A stretch of DNA of 64,000 bases from Coleofasciculus sp. B1-GNL1-01 (GCA_040220235.1 JAVJTO010000102.1); one strand, 5' to 3'. Shown: positions 1-10,195, counted from the stretch's first letter. Notes: a model not told the origin generated them from the sequence alone. A program made the numbers and translations.

Positions 1-462
1 CGCCTTTTGCACCGCTACTCGTTCACAAAAATTCAAAAATGAATTGAGTAATGTTAACTTTGGATACTTTTCGATAAGCTGCTGTGCTAGAGAAGAATCC
101 ATGTCATATACATAGGGAAGCTTGCAGAATAGATTCAGCATTAAGGCAATAAAGACCGATTCCTCTCCGGCATGAACCAAATCGTAGCGCTTACGGGACA
201 TCAAACCGATGACTTTAAAAATCATGAAAAAATCACAGACTAATTTCTTCCAGGAGAAACCCGGTCTAATGTTGTGAACAAAGGGTAGCCGTGGCGTCCG
301 GTGTATGGTTACGTTGGGATACTGAATATCACGTCCTTCTGGATAAGTTACCATGTCAACCTGGTCTCCTCGTTCAGATAACACCCTTAAAACCAAGTTC
401 ACGGCAATGGGTGTACCCCGGTTTTGGTAAAAGGGGTGAGGGGCTAATAATAGAACATTCAT
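1..462 (-). CDS. Glycosyltransferase family 4 protein, N-terminal part (runs off the window edge; absent from ORF track)
   Basis: Manual translation from ATG at 462: MNVLLLAPHPFYQNRGTPIAVNLVLRVLSERGDQVDMVTY...YDLVHAGEESVFIA...PYVYDMDSSL. Open to position 1 and typical of a GT4 N-terminal domain. Confidence 0.85.
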   Translation of the reverse strand, partial: MNVLLLAPHPFYQNRGTPIAVNLVLRVLSERGDQVDMVTYPEGRDIQYPNVTIHRTPRLPFVHNIRPGFSWKKLVCDFFMIFKVIGLMSRKRYDLVHAGEESVFIALMLNLFCKLPYVYDMDSSLAQQLIEKYPKLTLLNSFLNFCERVAVQKA

Positions 463-1643
463 CTGATGGGGACTGTTCTTTGAGCCAGATACAGTCCTTT
501 TCTGAAAGCGACTTTTCTTAACCGAGCGTTTTTTTACTCTCGTCAGAAGTTTTTGGTTAATTAGAAACATTTCTTGCTCCTTTTTTACGTCGATACTCAG
601 AAATAATTTATAGTTGTCGCTGGAACTATAGAGGTAAAAGTTTCTTTACACTCTCTCTAGGAGATACAAATCTTTACCTGAATTTATTCTCCTACTCCTA
701 TTGCATATAAAAGAGATAACATGTATGAATGAAATTTTTCTATGCTTGAAGAAAAAATTTATGAGAACTTTAAATTCTGGTTTATAAGCAAAAATTATAT
801 TAAATCTTGGCGGGAGGTAATTTCGGATGCTCATCCGACTATCCCACTCTCTTACCTGGCTTCATTTAGTTCAGAAGATCGGCGCTTACCCACTTAGAGG
901 ACATCTAATTCGACACATTCTCCTGATCCCAGCGACTGTATCAGAACTATCAATCCAACAATTATAAGAAAACTTTATACCTCTTAAGGCATAAGCCTAT
1001 AGGCTTACTTCATACAAGCTTTATACAGCGAAGGAAAATATCCTTCGTGAAAGAAAGTAGAAATACTTATAACCCAGACTCCGCACTTCAAGTTGAAGTA
1101 CAAGAAGCTACATATCCAATCAAGGGAAAAAGTCTGAAAAATTTACCCCTTGAATATCTTTTCAGGAAACCGTAATTCTTTTGGAGATTCTTGTGAGCTT
1201 TTTTAAGCAGCAGAAATTGAAGAGTATCTACTCTCCTTAAACGAATTTATCCATGCTCAAAAAATTCTCCAATTGCCACGAAGGTGAGTCAAAAAAATCA
1301 CAGATAATATTTTTGACAAGAGGAGGGCAAGAAGTTCAAAATAAATTGAATTTTATCCGTTAAGTTAACTATCTGTTTGACTCCATTAATAACTACTGCA
1401 TGAATCCCTTTAAAACATTGAAATATCCACCGTAATGTTGGATGATTGGTCAATTTACCCACTTGATTTTGGCTCTCCCGTACTTAGTGTGATAATATTT
1501 ACGGAGGACTCCTGGAGGACTAGCACTGACCTGAATCCTTACGAATTCGGAATCAACTGTTCAGTTATAGCTCAACTCTAGCTTAATGTCTAGTTTATTT
1601 TATGTCAAGCCTACTATTAGTTTATGGATGTATAAATCACTTC

Positions 1644-2417
1644 TTACTTGAGAGCCACCCAGGAAATAAAGTTATGTAATTTAATCAGAGAATCAATCTG
1701 CTTAAAGCCACTATCATACAACATTTGCACCTGCTGGGCTTCTGTTAACGGCACTAAAACATTCTCTAGCGCCTCCTTTTTGCGTTCGATTTCAGTACGG
1801 GCATAGCCATTATGAGCTTTAAAGGCTTCATAGTGTCGGGTGATTGTCTCTTGAAATTGGGGATAGGGTGACTTGACCTTTTCACTGATGAAGAGTAAGC
1901 CTCCTGGAACCAATCCCTCGTAGATAGTCTGGAGCAAGAGTTGACGCACCTGTAGCGGCAAAAATTGCAACGTGTAGTTAATCACGACAACACTACTATT
2001 CTCAAATGAACAGTTTTCTGCCTTGTCACAGATGAATTCAATCTTATGGATCTGTTTAATCTGAACTAACTTATGCTCGGCTTTCTCTAGCATAGGTTGA
2101 GAATTATCAATCCCAACCAGCGTAGCGTTTTGCTTTAATAAACGTCCCAGTAGTTCCAAAAATGTCCCCGTAGAACAGCCCACATCAATGATCCGCGTTC
2201 CCGGTTGATAATACTCTCTCGCCCAATGAGCGGCACAGGTTAGTACCTCTTGGTACAAAGGAACGGAACGGGATATCATATTATCGAAAACATTAACCAC
2301 ATCCTGGTTAAAAGCAAATGGTTTGGGCCACACTCCTTTTTCAAAGAGTTCATCTTTTTCAGGACTCAGATAAAGTTTTGTGTGATCAAGTTCTGAATCG
2401 AGTTTGTCGTAATTCAT
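1644..2417 (-). CDS. cmoA: Carboxy-S-adenosyl-L-methionine synthase (tRNA cmo5U pathway)
   Basis: Motifs FAFNQDVVNVFDNMISRSVPLY, DVGCSTG, GIDNSQPM, NYTLQFL, ISEK and EIERKKEALENVLVP are characteristic of CmoA. Confidence 0.9.
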   Translation of the reverse strand: MNYDKLDSELDHTKLYLSPEKDELFEKGVWPKPFAFNQDVVNVFDNMISRSVPLYQEVLTCAAHWAREYYQPGTRIIDVGCSTGTFLELLGRLLKQNATLVGIDNSQPMLEKAEHKLVQIKQIHKIEFICDKAENCSFENSSVVVINYTLQFLPLQVRQLLLQTIYEGLVPGGLLFISEKVKSPYPQFQETITRHYEAFKAHNGYARTEIERKKEALENVLVPLTEAQQVQMLYDSGFKQIDSLIKLHNFISWVALK

Positions 2418-2425
2418 CAGTCAAT

Positions 2426-2664
2426 TGTAGGGGCAAATTTAGGGACTGTAGAGGCGGATTTAGGGACTGTATGGACGGGTTTAGGAACTGTAGGGGTAGG
2501 TTTAGGGACTGTATGGACGAGTTTAGGGACAATTGTAGGGGCGGGTTTAGGGAATCAATTCAGCTAGTCACCGATAAATGAACAACAAAACCCGCCCTCC
2601 CCACCAATAATGGATAATGGAACAACAAAACCCGCCCTCCTCACCAATAACGGAACAACAAAAC
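2426..2664. repeat. Tandem array of REP-like arms: six 21-bp units (TGTAGGGGCGGGTTTAGGGAC-like) plus duplicated opposite arms AACAACAAAACCCGCCCTCC
   Basis: Units start at 2426, 2447, 2468, 2489, 2510 and 2534; opposite arms at 2581-2600 and 2621-2640. Confidence 0.85.
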
Positions 2665-2821
2665 TTAATAGACAGTCTAGGACAGTACGAGATAGCATAG
2701 CATTCTGTAAATTGTTGTGTAAATTACAGGTGAAGGTTCAGCACGACTCCTTTCAGGTGGATCGCAATCATAAGCTGTATTTTCTCCCCCCCGTCCGAAA
2801 GCACCTATCTCAAAGCCTTAT

Positions 2822-3748
2822 TTAGCAAAAACCTGAAAATAGAACCCCAGAAATACGATCATGAATTGATTTCCATTCATTCGCTAAAGCTGTTTCTCCA
2901 CTGCGGATTTCACGCCCATTTAACTCAGGATGACGAGCATAGAAAACCGCATCAGCTAATTTATCACGAACACTTACATTGTTCACGCTAGCTTGATCCT
3001 GGTCAGAACTTGCAGAGCCACAGTTACTTTCAATCCACCCCACCCAATTCTTTACGACCCCGCGCAGGGCATTCCATTCTCGAACATAAAGTTCTTGAGA
3101 CGGATCAATACTCCTCCCTTCCATGTCTGGATGAACCGCATAAAAGAAGGTATCTGTCCAATCATCGACCTCCTCTTTGCGTGACGATGATGACGATGAT
3201 GTCGAAACTTCTGTTAACTCTGTACCATCCCAGACGTAATAACTGGTTTCCATCCAATCAGGTCTTTTTCCCGGAGTATTTTCGGGCGGATTAACCACGA
3301 GTAGCCGACTATCCAACTTATGCTTCACACCCGCTTCAGCCACAATACCTGGCATATAAACCGAGCCAGTTTCAGCGTCAATAATGGCAACAGATTGACA
3401 GCTTGTGCCACATCCCCAAGTCACCACCGTATATTTTCCGGCAAAATTGGGTCCGGTTTGTGCGCCCTCTCGTAAAACAGTGCGGAATCTTCTAGCATCA
3501 GGGTCACTGCTTAAGTCAACGGGTGCAGGATTACCTGAGAAAGATTCGGTTGCTGGATAATCATTGAAGTCTGGAGGAGATGCTTGCTTGGTGTGGCTTA
3601 CTTGTGATGCAATTGTTTCCCTATTCGTGTCGAGGGTGTTAGCTTGCTGGGAGAAAGATTCATGGGCAGACAGTGGGGAAGAGCTAAAACCAAGTGCTAA
3701 TGTTAGAGTAAGTCCTGAAATTATACGGGTTTTCATGTTATTATTCAT
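2822..3748 (-). CDS. Hypothetical secreted protein
   Basis: 308 aa ORF with signal peptide (LSA-HE), a GPNFAGKYTVVTWGCGTSC domain and two C-terminal D-x-x-FYAxHP repeats. Confidence 0.75.
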   Translation of the reverse strand: MNNNMKTRIISGLTLTLALGFSSSPLSAHESFSQQANTLDTNRETIASQVSHTKQASPPDFNDYPATESFSGNPAPVDLSSDPDARRFRTVLREGAQTGPNFAGKYTVVTWGCGTSCQSVAIIDAETGSVYMPGIVAEAGVKHKLDSRLLVVNPPENTPGKRPDWMETSYYVWDGTELTEVSTSSSSSSRKEEVDDWTDTFFYAVHPDMEGRSIDPSQELYVREWNALRGVVKNWVGWIESNCGSASSDQDQASVNNVSVRDKLADAVFYARHPELNGREIRSGETALANEWKSIHDRISGVLFSGFC

Positions 3749-3963
3749 TGCTTTTTGCTTTTAGCTTCACCTAAAGGGTAAACAGAGGCTGCCACTCTTT
3801 CATCCCTCTAAAGTGTGTCATCTGAAAACTTTAGTAGGCGTGGGTTACGCCATAACCCGAAGCCTAGCTATCACGCTTTTGACTGTTCCCCTAGAAAAAA
3901 ATCACTACATTAACCTCTTCCTTGTTGTTATCCTTCATCCAGGCAGGGAAAACGGTGAGTACA

Positions 3964-4578
3964 TTAACTTTTTTGAGGAACCGTGAACTGAACCGAATCG
4001 CGTTCGTGTAACTTATTGAACCAATCTCTTAAGTGAATATATTTTAATTGCCAATCTTCATCTAGGCGCAAACTGTAGTAGCCTAGGGAACATAAGCCAG
4101 CTACATCGGCGGCTGTCCAGGTTTCATCCCCCAACAAGTAGTTAGACTTAGCTAACTGTTGATCAAAAACTGGCAAAAGGCGATTAATTGACGTTTCTAA
4201 TCTTGTCCGATAACGAGTGTCGGTGAAATTATTTTTCAAATTTAGTATCCATAAATTGATGATAGTATCACCTAAATAATCCGCGAGTTCTTCCCATTTA
4301 CGACACTCAAGCCGTGTCCGAGGCTCACTGGGGTAAAACCTCGGCTGTGGATAGGTTTCGTCCAGATACTCCGCAATTAATGTAGAATCCCAAATCACCG
4401 TGCCATCTTCATCGACAAACACAGGGACTTTACCAATAGGAGAAAGATTGATAAATTCCGGGGGCTTATCAAGCAGATTGATTTCTCTTAGTTTGCACTC
4501 TATATTTTTCTCAGCTAACAGAATTCGGATTTTCCGAGAAAAGTGGGATTGTTGATGATAATACAATATTCTATTCAT
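3964..4578 (-). CDS. Glutathione S-transferase family protein
   Basis: SHFSRKIRILLAEK, INLSPIGKVPVF, IWDSTLIAEYLDE and WTAADVA motifs. ATG at 4578 is preferred over the longer start at 4611. Confidence 0.9.
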   Translation of the reverse strand: MNRILYYHQQSHFSRKIRILLAEKNIECKLREINLLDKPPEFINLSPIGKVPVFVDEDGTVIWDSTLIAEYLDETYPQPRFYPSEPRTRLECRKWEELADYLGDTIINLWILNLKNNFTDTRYRTRLETSINRLLPVFDQQLAKSNYLLGDETWTAADVAGLCSLGYYSLRLDEDWQLKYIHLRDWFNKLHERDSVQFTVPQKS

Positions 4579-4769
4579 TAGATATCTCCCGACATTCCGG
4601 TTGGTAATCAAACAACCATCTAAACTGCGATTCAGCTAACCAAGTTGGGGTAAGTTTGTAGATCCAATTTCGCAGCAATGCGTAACTTTTGTTGGTAGGC
4701 AATACCCACCCTACGGTATATCATAGGTTTCGGCGACCCCAAAATGCACGCTTTTCAGCGCCATTCGGC

Positions 4770-5060
4770 TTAATAAGGCATTTCAGTCTCTTCTACATCT
4801 GCTGGAGCGTCTGTCAATCCCATGCGATCGAGGGCGATGACAACCCCTACAGATACCAATCCTCCTAAAAGTAAACCCATAATCAGAAGCATAATATAGA
4901 TGCGCTTCAGAGATTTTTTTGTCGCTTTTATATGCTCTGGCGATAGATTAGGGTCAAGGCTTTCCTGTTCAGTGTCTGGAGATGTCTCATCTGCCCCATC
5001 TCGTTGGGGATTGGGAAAGCCGTCATGCTCGAATTCTGGGGGATTTTGATTATTCCACAT
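4770..5060 (-). CDS. Small single-pass membrane hypothetical protein
   Basis: 96 aa, acidic N-terminus and one hydrophobic helix (IYIMLLIMGLLLGGLVSVGVVIAL). Confidence 0.7.
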   Translation of the reverse strand: MWNNQNPPEFEHDGFPNPQRDGADETSPDTEQESLDPNLSPEHIKATKKSLKRIYIMLLIMGLLLGGLVSVGVVIALDRMGLTDAPADVEETEMPY

Positions 5061-5229
5061 ATCTCTAGTTTGATTATGATTGGCAGGATTCTCATCAGCC
5101 TAAAGTTAGACTGATTCTCGGTAACGAGTTTCACGATCCAAAATTTGGAAGCAATGACATTGGGTTGCGTTCCTCAACCCAACCTATACAGTTGACATGC
5201 ACCCGGCTCATATCTAGAGTTATAACAAT

Positions 5230-5360
5230 TAAGTGGGTGGACACAATTAAAGTTAACGGTTGAGATTAGGAAACAGGGAACAGGGAACAGGGAACAGTAG
5301 GGGTTTGAGGCTTGTTTACATGACTTAATCTAGTTAAGTTTATTTCCACCAACCTACTTA
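5230..5360. mobile_element. MITE-like element family A (ends TAAGTRGGTGG / CCACCRACCTACTTA) with an internal STRR heptamer tract
   Basis: Closely related copy at 14056-14179; diverged or partial copies near 51145-51273, 54007-54088, 16062-16082 and 36350-36380. Confidence 0.7.
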
Positions 5361-5389
5361 ACCTATTCTTATAAATATAAACAGTTTAA

Positions 5390-6100
5390 TTAATATTTCA
5401 AGTAAAAGTCTTTAATCAAGCTAATAAATTCAGGAGTATAAACCCGTCTAGTAGCTTCTATCGTGAGAATGTTTTCCTGAGAGGATAACTGATGTTTCCC
5501 AAATTCCAGTACAATCCGTTTAGCTGGACTAGCTAAAGTTGGTTTAACCGAGAGTTTCCTGTGGCAAAAAAAACCAAAGGCTTCGGCTTTGTCTTGGAAG
5601 ATTTGGGCTGCCTCAGTGGGGTAAATTACAGCTAGCATGCCATTCTCTCCCAAAAGCTGTTCCGCCACTTGTAATAGATCCAATTGCTTCAAAGAATCAC
5701 TATGTCGTGCTACGGTTCTCGCCTTGTGTGACGCTTTACTGGCATTGTCAAAAAAGGGAGGATTAGACACAATCAGATCATAGCGCTTTGAGCAAGTCGT
5801 GGCATAATCTTGCACAGAACTCAGGTACACCTGAATGCGATCGCGCCATGGTGATTTCGCCACATTCTCCCGCGCCTGAATGCCAGCCTCTGCGTCAATT
5901 TCCACGGCGTCGATGTGCGCCTGCGATCGCTGTGCCAACATCAGCGCCACCAAACCCGTCCCTGTGCCGATATCCAGAATGCTTTTTACGCCCGTTATAT
6001 CCGTCCATGCCCCTAACAGTGTACCATCTGTGCCGACCTTCATTGCACAGCGATCGTGAAAGACGGTGAATTGCTTGAAGCGAAAGTATGGATTAGACAT
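5390..6100 (-). CDS. trmN6: tRNA1(Val) (adenine(37)-N6)-methyltransferase (YfiC/TrmN6 family)
   Basis: FRFKQFTVFHDRCAMKVGTDG, LDIGTGTG, IVSNPPFF and LIKDFYL motifs. Confidence 0.85.
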   Translation of the reverse strand: MSNPYFRFKQFTVFHDRCAMKVGTDGTLLGAWTDITGVKSILDIGTGTGLVALMLAQRSQAHIDAVEIDAEAGIQARENVAKSPWRDRIQVYLSSVQDYATTCSKRYDLIVSNPPFFDNASKASHKARTVARHSDSLKQLDLLQVAEQLLGENGMLAVIYPTEAAQIFQDKAEAFGFFCHRKLSVKPTLASPAKRIVLEFGKHQLSSQENILTIEATRRVYTPEFISLIKDFYLKY

Positions 6101-6193
6101 TCTCTGTGGTTGATCATGAACAGCTTCCCCCTAACCTACTAATTTAGTAGAAATTAGTATATTTTTAGTAGATAGAGTACAAACGGCGTTCAG

Positions 6194-7528
6194 ATGAAAA
6201 TGCCTCGGTTGCCCAAGCCTTTGCCGCAGTTGTTGGCTGAAGTCTCAGCCTCTGGTCGTTTGGCGGATATCTTAGTCCTATATGATACCTCGCCAAAACG
6301 TCTGGACTACCTACACTGGGATGAAATCCGTTATCGGCAACCCCCAGAGGGATTATCCACGGAAGAATGGTGGCTGGCAATTAAGTTGCAGCGAAAGGCA
6401 TCCTATCAAGATATACCCCTTGTCGATACTCATGGGAATTTATTTCGATTCTGTGTTCCTGATTTTGTCGCTGAGCAGTTGCATCAAATTGACCGAGGGG
6501 CAGGAACATTAATTGGGATACAGCATCCCATTACTAATCCGCAAACCCGTGATCGCTATCTAGTACGCTCTTTAATAGAGGAGGCAATTACCTCCAGTCA
6601 ACTAGAAGGTGCAGTAACAACACGAGAAGTTGCCAAAGCCATGTTAAGTAGTGGTCGTCAACCCCGCAACCGGAGTGAACAGATGATCCTCAACAACTAC
6701 CGGACAATGCAGCACATTCGGGAACTCAAAGAGACACCACTTACGCCAGAAATTGTGCTGGATATTCACAGGATTATTAGCCAAGATGCTCTCGATAATC
6801 CAGATGCTACAGGACGATTACGTAGGCAAGACGAACCGATAGAAATTTCCGATGACGAGGGTAATATTTTTTATATTCCTCCTCCATCCGCTCAACTGCC
6901 TGAGCGTCTCGCCGCAATGTGTTGCTTTGCCAATAGTGAAACTCCTGATACCTTTATCCATCCTATTATTCGGGCAATTTTATTGCATTTTTGGCTTGCT
7001 TATGAGCATCCTTTCATTGATGGAAATGGCAGAACAGCAAGAGCATTATTTTATTGGAAAATCTTGAGAAGCGACTATTGGTTATTTGAGTTCATCTCGA
7101 TTTCACAGATTATTCTCAAAGCACCAATACAGTATTATCGTTCTTTTCTATACACGGAAACAGACAATAATGATTTAACCTACTTTTTGATTCATCAAAC
7201 AAAGGTTATTCGTCGAGCATTACAGGAGTTACATAACTACATTACTCAGAAAAGTCGAGAAGTTGAGGAAACAACAGCGTTATTGAATCAATTCAATAGG
7301 CTGAATCACCGCCAACAGGCATTATTAGCTCACGCTTTGAAGCACCCAGGATACAAATATACAGTATCTGAGCATCAAGGTAGACATGCAGTTGTTTATC
7401 AAACCGCAAGAGTAGATTTGCTCACATTAGCTGAAACGGGCTTACTGGAACAGAGAAAGCAGGGAAAAGCCTATATTTTTATGGCACCTGTGGATTTAGC
7501 TAAACGATTGAGAAATTTGGACAATTAA
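6194..7528 (+). CDS. Fic family protein (class II-like) with C-terminal HTH
   Basis: Canonical Fic motif HPFIDGNGRTAR, N-terminal inhibitory motif SSQLEG and C-terminal YQTARVDLLTL wHTH. Confidence 0.9.
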   Translation: MKMPRLPKPLPQLLAEVSASGRLADILVLYDTSPKRLDYLHWDEIRYRQPPEGLSTEEWWLAIKLQRKASYQDIPLVDTHGNLFRFCVPDFVAEQLHQIDRGAGTLIGIQHPITNPQTRDRYLVRSLIEEAITSSQLEGAVTTREVAKAMLSSGRQPRNRSEQMILNNYRTMQHIRELKETPLTPEIVLDIHRIISQDALDNPDATGRLRRQDEPIEISDDEGNIFYIPPPSAQLPERLAAMCCFANSETPDTFIHPIIRAILLHFWLAYEHPFIDGNGRTARALFYWKILRSDYWLFEFISISQIILKAPIQYYRSFLYTETDNNDLTYFLIHQTKVIRRALQELHNYITQKSREVEETTALLNQFNRLNHRQQALLAHALKHPGYKYTVSEHQGRHAVVYQTARVDLLTLAETGLLEQRKQGKAYIFMAPVDLAKRLRNLDN

Positions 7529-7592
7529 TGATAAAAGTGCGTTTTTTAGGACTGCTATATCGATCAAACCCGTCCCTACATGTCTGAATTAA

Positions 7593-8801
7593 TCAAGACA
7601 TTTTACCCAGAAGTAATGCTCCCGGAACAGCTTTTTTAATCCAATCAGTCACTAAAAGTTGTTCTGGTTCAAAGGTATCAACAGGTTCGCCGTTTATGGT
7701 GCGAAAAATAACGTCTTGGGGAACAATCTCTTCACCCGTTGGTAAAACCATACCTTGAATCTGTGAACTATCAAAGGAACGCCAGGTGTAAAAAACTACA
7801 TATTTACCACTTTCGCCAGCCAGAACTTCCGCTAAACAGGCATCATTCCGGTATTCAGATAGTTTTGATTTCATCCGGGGAAATAATGCTGTGGTGCGGT
7901 TCGCTTTGAAAAAAGGAGCGCGTGTTTCCCGGAACCAGTTTCCCCGTAATTTTGCCGGATTTTCTAACACCTGGCGACAAATTTTATCAAAATCAATAGC
8001 AACATTGTCCTCCTGACTCAGATGCCGTAAGTCCAGACGTACTGTATGTAAACCCGCATCACGTAACCCATCTAACCGATCCAGAATAAACTGATCTTTG
8101 TCTAAGAACATAAATGTGCCATGGGCAGTTTCTAATGTTGGGAAATGGCGATTAGGATTATCAGCAAAAGCCGCCGTCGCTTCTAAGTAGAGAGGGGAGT
8201 TTGGGTTGAATCGGTATAGCGAATCAATGTCTTCTGTTGTTTCTTTATTCTGGCTTTCCAGCAACGGGTTTACTAAGAGCGATCGCGGCGAGTAAAATAA
8301 GAGAATGGGTCCCACACCCAGCAGTTCACAGGGAACCGATAAGGTTTGGCAGTATTCAATTAGCTTTTCTTCCGGTAGTTCAATCGATAATACTAACCGT
8401 TCCAAGGATTCCGAAAAAATCTCGCACCATCCCTGCAACGCCTCCAGATTGTGATTTCCTGTCTCAACAATTAACTGGATAGGTATCTGAGGATAATGGG
8501 TTTTAAGCCAATAAGCAGCGCCCGGATCACACACACGAATGGCACCAAAGAGATTGAGTTGCCAAGCCTTTAGCTGATCACAAATGGTTTTCATGACTCG
8601 TTCTGGCATTAATACATCCCAGACGAGTACCGGGCGCAGTTCGTTTTGCCAAGTGTGTTTGGCTAAATCATGTACCTTCGCCTTTGATAATTGTCCCTGT
8701 CGTGCTAAGACTATTGGTTCTAATAATACTTCATGTAAATGGGGCGCATTAACACAGCGTTCTAAATCTTCAATTGAGGAAACAAAGGTATTAAATTGCA
8801 T
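7593..8801 (-). CDS. Peptidase U32 family protein lacking the Cys cluster (TrhP1/YrrN-like partner subunit)
   Basis: ETGNHN, RLVLSIEL and LLFYSPRSLL motifs; directly downstream of a canonical U32 gene. Confidence 0.7.
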   Translation of the reverse strand: MQFNTFVSSIEDLERCVNAPHLHEVLLEPIVLARQGQLSKAKVHDLAKHTWQNELRPVLVWDVLMPERVMKTICDQLKAWQLNLFGAIRVCDPGAAYWLKTHYPQIPIQLIVETGNHNLEALQGWCEIFSESLERLVLSIELPEEKLIEYCQTLSVPCELLGVGPILLFYSPRSLLVNPLLESQNKETTEDIDSLYRFNPNSPLYLEATAAFADNPNRHFPTLETAHGTFMFLDKDQFILDRLDGLRDAGLHTVRLDLRHLSQEDNVAIDFDKICRQVLENPAKLRGNWFRETRAPFFKANRTTALFPRMKSKLSEYRNDACLAEVLAGESGKYVVFYTWRSFDSSQIQGMVLPTGEEIVPQDVIFRTINGEPVDTFEPEQLLVTDWIKKAVPGALLLGKMS

Positions 8802-8855
8802 TTGTCATTTGTCAGGGAACAGGGAACAGGAAACAGGAAACAGGGAATTCATAAT

Positions 8856-10085
8856 TCAGACTTCACTAGCAACGGTTACAGGGGAACGGGTGAATCGAAC
8901 GACATTTAATTTGGTGATATTGTGCGATCGCATGGAGTCATCCGGTTTGGGTAAGCGCACAATACTGTCCTTTCGCATCGACTCTAACCGTTCACCTGTC
9001 ATCGAAAAAATCTGATTAACATTCCAGCATATCGGTTTTCCTTGAAACGGGATAATTTCAATTTTATCACCGACAGCTAACGGTTCAAGTAACCGTAAAA
9101 TAATCTCTTGGGACGTCGTATCCATAACCATGCCGAAATATTGGTGAGTTCCTGTATTAATTCCCGATAACTGTCCAAAGACTGAATCCTTATCGGCTGG
9201 TGTGTCTAAGGAACCGGAAAAATAGTCTCGGTTAGGAATCGATTGTAGTTCGGCTGAGGCTTGGCTGAGTAGCTGTTCATCTAATCTCCCAGCAGCATAA
9301 GCATCAATTAATTGGCGATAAACCTTGCAGGTGAGGGCGACATAGAATGATGATTTCATCCGCCCTTCGATTTTTAATGAGCAAATATTATGGTTGAAGA
9401 ACTCACCAATCTGATAAATTCCCCACAAATCTCTGGACGACATGAAGCTAACTAAATCATCCGGTTGCTTATCCTGATGTTGTAAGTGATAGGGTAATCG
9501 ACAGGATTGAATACATCCGCCCCGATTAGAATCGCGACCTGCGGTAAAATTAGAAATGGTGCAATGACCCGAATACGCCATACACATTGCACCATGGGTA
9601 AACATCTCCACGTCAATACCGGATTCTTCTCCAATTAAACCCGCTTCAGCAATACTGAGTTCTCGACCAACAATTAAGCGTTTTACTCCCATTTCTTTCC
9701 ACAAACGGGCGCTATAGGAATTGAGACAAGAGGCTTGAGTGGAAAGGTGAATCGGTAGAGTTGAACTCCTTTTAATAACTCGGATAACTCCTAAATCAGA
9801 GACAATCACCCCATCAACGCCAATAGATTCCAGAAACTGGCAATAGTCAGGGAGTCCCTGAAAGTCTGCATCGTGGAGAAAAGCATTCAGCGTGACATAA
9901 ATTTTGGCATCATGGTGATGGGCATATTCGACTCCGTGGGCTAACTCAGAATCCGTAAAATTATCCGCACGCGCCCGCAATCCATAATTTTGTCCCCCTA
10001 GATACACCGCATCTGCACCATAAGCAATGGCGACTTTTAACCGTTCCAGATTCTTCGCTGGGGCGAGGAGTTCAGGTTTGAGCAT
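8856..10085 (-). CDS. Peptidase U32 family Fe-S protein (TrhP/YegQ/YrrO-like tRNA hydroxylase)
   Basis: PELLAPA, GADAVYLGG, HLSTQAS, HGAMCMAYSGHC, RDSNRGGCIQSCR and SLKIEGRMKS motifs with all four Cys present. Confidence 0.9.
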   Translation of the reverse strand: MLKPELLAPAKNLERLKVAIAYGADAVYLGGQNYGLRARADNFTDSELAHGVEYAHHHDAKIYVTLNAFLHDADFQGLPDYCQFLESIGVDGVIVSDLGVIRVIKRSSTLPIHLSTQASCLNSYSARLWKEMGVKRLIVGRELSIAEAGLIGEESGIDVEMFTHGAMCMAYSGHCTISNFTAGRDSNRGGCIQSCRLPYHLQHQDKQPDDLVSFMSSRDLWGIYQIGEFFNHNICSLKIEGRMKSSFYVALTCKVYRQLIDAYAAGRLDEQLLSQASAELQSIPNRDYFSGSLDTPADKDSVFGQLSGINTGTHQYFGMVMDTTSQEIILRLLEPLAVGDKIEIIPFQGKPICWNVNQIFSMTGERLESMRKDSIVRLPKPDDSMRSHNITKLNVVRFTRSPVTVASEV

Positions 10086-10195
10086 GTCTGGGTTTAAGGA
10101 TAAACGGGAACAGCCCTAATTTAACATTCGTAGCGCGATCGCATCCAGAAAACTGCTGAATCTACACACACAAGACACACAAGGGGATATCGGTC

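Noticed and set aside
291..834. ORFs 291-521 (+) and 646-834 (-)
   Set aside because: The first is antisense to the GT4 gene; the second is a short AT-rich frame with no recognisable motif.
463..1643. 1.2-kb AT-rich intergenic region with 16-bp palindrome TAAGCCTATAGGCTTA (992-1007)
   Set aside because: No ORF, repeat family or RNA motif that I can support; a single palindrome is weak evidence.
2426..2554. Possible CRISPR array
   Set aside because: The 21-bp units are directly adjacent with no unique spacers, they match the REP arm, and no cas genes are present.
2318..2825. ORFs 2318-2581 and 2610-2825
   Set aside because: They are translations of the tandem REP array.
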